This document shows positions 63,255 to 64,000 of a DNA stretch of 64,000 nucleotides, one piece after another. The DNA is taken from the NCBI GenBank assembly GCA_951406725.2, contig OX597831.1, positions 6,944,001 through 7,008,000 of the forward strand. The letters are read 5' to 3'. Source of the stretch: Octopus vulgaris. Taxonomy: Eukaryota. Position 1 is the stretch's first letter; every line of letters starts with the position of its first letter. The notes below the pieces were generated by a model that had not been told where the DNA came from, searched no databases, and saw only the letters and a list, made by a program, of their open reading frames with translations. The position numbers were made by a program, and so were the translations under genes.

Positions 63255-64000
63255 GCAAGTACAGCATTGATGGTGATGGTGATGACTAAAGATACTAACA
63301 TTGATCGTTTCTAACAGAGGCACAGGGGCAGGGATTTTGGTGAAGGTGGGCTTCATTGATTAAACTGACCCTGCAGGGATGAAATGCAAAGTTGAAATTG
63401 TCATTGTCAACATCACTGTCATCACTAACATCATTGCTCCTGTCAGCACCATCATCATCATCAGCATTATCACTGTCATCTTGCTATAATTTCTGAGACA
63501 TGTTCTAATAAATAAGAATAAAGTGTCTTGTCCAAGGACACACTACTCTTAACCAGACTTTCATTGCACAACCAAACCACCTACCATTTAGCTAGTAAGG
63601 AAGCCTCTATGTGGTTGTTTAATTTACTATAAATAGTAGCCAAATCTCCAAACAGTGTTGCCTATTAAGACTTCCACTTTCTTTCTTAGAAGGACTCCGT
63701 GTTCACCTCTGTTCTGACTGAATTTCTGAGATGTTGAAGTTTGTATTTTCTATCCATGTGAGGGGCCCAAGCAGTTACACATGTTATCTCGCTGTCTATC
63801 ACTGTCTCTCCTCCTCCTCCTCTTTTGTCTCTCTGTCTCTTTCTCTAGAGTAGATGTCTCCTCTGTCAACACCTGTTGATCAAATTGTCATCATCATCAT
63901 CAGGTAAGGGATTTGCAAATTCGGTTCAGTGTCGGCGAAAATACCTTGTGGTGTTTAAGTTCTGGCTCTTTATATTCTGTGTTCAAATCCTGCCAAGGTT

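Overview
AT-rich, repeat-dense animal genomic DNA; the SINE/LINE repertoire suggests a coleoid cephalopod (Octopus-like), which is an inference. Two spliced host genes could be rebuilt by hand: a complete 5-exon LYRM7 (complex III assembly factor, minus strand, 48063-55604, 114 aa) and, head-to-head with it, the first four coding exons of a TMEM232-like gene (plus strand, 56149-63254, continuing past the window). The start codons are 544 bp apart, with an RFX X-box-like motif between them. The rest is mostly tRNA-derived SINEs, RTE, CR1, R4/Dong-like, HERO-like and Penelope-like (PLE) retroelement fragments, a mariner relic, piggyBac- and Merlin-like MITEs, Helitrons and microsatellites; most ORFs in the supplied track are repeat artefacts. 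The most notable signals are RNA-structural. (i) Several minimal type I hammerhead ribozyme motifs carry different palindromic stem III sequences (ACGT, CACGTG, CAGCTG, CATATG, CGATCG), and four lie in sense orientation in introns of the two genes. (ii) RTE 3' UTRs carry tandem ~60-nt hairpin plus H-type pseudoknot units. (iii) A HERO-like 3' UTR contains hammerhead-like cores. No CRISPR array, rRNA or genuine tRNA gene was found. Repeat boundaries are approximate; all folds were done by eye.
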